Source: Vicingaceae bacterium
GTDB taxonomy: Bacteria > Bacteroidota > Bacteroidia > Flavobacteriales_E > Vicingaceae
Direction: 5' to 3'
Assembly (NCBI GenBank): GCA_037969435.1
Contig: JBBKXK010000014.1
Coordinates: 3,526-67,525 of the forward strand
Length of the DNA: 64,000 bases
Shown: in pieces, positions 63,598 to 64,000 of the stretch
How the letters are laid out: each line of letters opens with the position of its first letter
Numbering within the stretch: the stretch's first letter is position 1
The notes under the pieces: generated by a model
What the model saw: only the letters and a program-made list of their open reading frames with translations
Databases searched by the model: none
Told to the model about the DNA's origin: nothing
Translations under genes and position numbers: made by a program

Positions 63598-64000
63598 AAA
63601 AATTAATCTTTATAATTTTCTTGTTTTTTAACCTTTTTGCTTACAGCCAATTTAGCACAGCCATTGATTCCTTAAATGCATTAATACCTTCTGCAAAGTC
63701 AGACTCCGTAAAAGCTAATTTGTTTTTAGATTTAGGAATTGAGTATTTTTCAATTGATAATTTAAACTTATCAGAAAAATCATTTTTTAAAGCAAAATCA
63801 TTAGCAAAAAAAATAAATAACCTTGAATTAGAAATAAATATTACCGGAGAATATGTTAGCCGTTTTATTTACTTAAGTTCTTCTACCAAGGGTATTGAAA
63901 TGACATTAAAATTAAAAGAAGAAGCAAAAAAACAAAAAAATGATTCTTTATTATTTAATGTTTATGCATTAATTATTCAGCAGTACACAATTTTAGGGAT
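63594..64000 (+). CDS. Partial ORF (3' end beyond window): signal peptide + TPR-like repeats
   Basis: The ATG overlaps the upstream TGA (ATGA). My translation is MKKLIFIIFLFFNLFAYSQFSTAIDSLNALIPS...NLFLDLGIEYFS... with no stop up to nt 64000. Confidence 0.55.
   Translation, partial: MKKLIFIIFLFFNLFAYSQFSTAIDSLNALIPSAKSDSVKANLFLDLGIEYFSIDNLNLSEKSFFKAKSLAKKINNLELEINITGEYVSRFIYLSSSTKGIEMTLKLKEEAKKQKNDSLLFNVYALIIQQYTILG

Overview
AT-rich, densely coding chromosomal segment that looks like Bacteroidota, probably Flavobacteriia-like. The lineage call rests on several T9SS type-A and type-B C-terminal sorting domains, two PorP/SprF genes, TAnnTTTG-type -7 promoter boxes and very short leaders. No rRNA, CRISPR array, transposase or integrase was seen.

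Layout:
(1) 1-3276: three-tier two-component cascade.
(2) 3.5-12.1 kb: housekeeping genes (YgiQ radical SAM, Crp/Fnr, pyruvate kinase, M42 peptidase), a small type-B T9SS cargo + PorP/SprF pair, and tRNA-Arg(CCT).
(3) 12.2-30.1 kb, minus strand: the most unusual part. Seven genes, possibly eight, sit 4-16 nt apart. Three paralogous giant tail-fibre-like secreted proteins share one N-terminal module but carry different C-terminal tips: gC1q-like, Peptidase_S74 intramolecular chaperone, and an unknown knob. They are followed by a small type-B T9SS cargo, PorP/SprF, a TPR/PD40/OmpA protein, and a beta-propeller sensor fused to a class III nucleotidyl cyclase and an HD domain.
(4) 30.1-33.8 kb: polybasic secreted protein, YfiR-like protein, TPR-like protein and a HAMP-PP2C phosphatase.
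(5) 34-37.7 kb: ferritin, OmpR-type two-component system, ComF.
(6) 39.8-46.1 kb: ECF sigma factor and an anti-sigma-like PKD protein ending in a type-B CTD-like domain, then two type-B T9SS cargo genes. Three identical-format GCAAC-N16-CGTCT promoter motifs tie these together.
(7) 50.1-56.3 kb: ArsR-led sulfur/persulfide-handling cluster (Dps, TauE, MBL-rhodanese fusion, YeeE x2, rhodaneses, thioredoxin).
(8) 56.4-64 kb: purF, DinB, ABM, GyrI-like, M1 peptidase, TPR-PP2C phosphatase and a partial TPR-like ORF.

All functional calls come from motif reading of the supplied translations. No database search was run.
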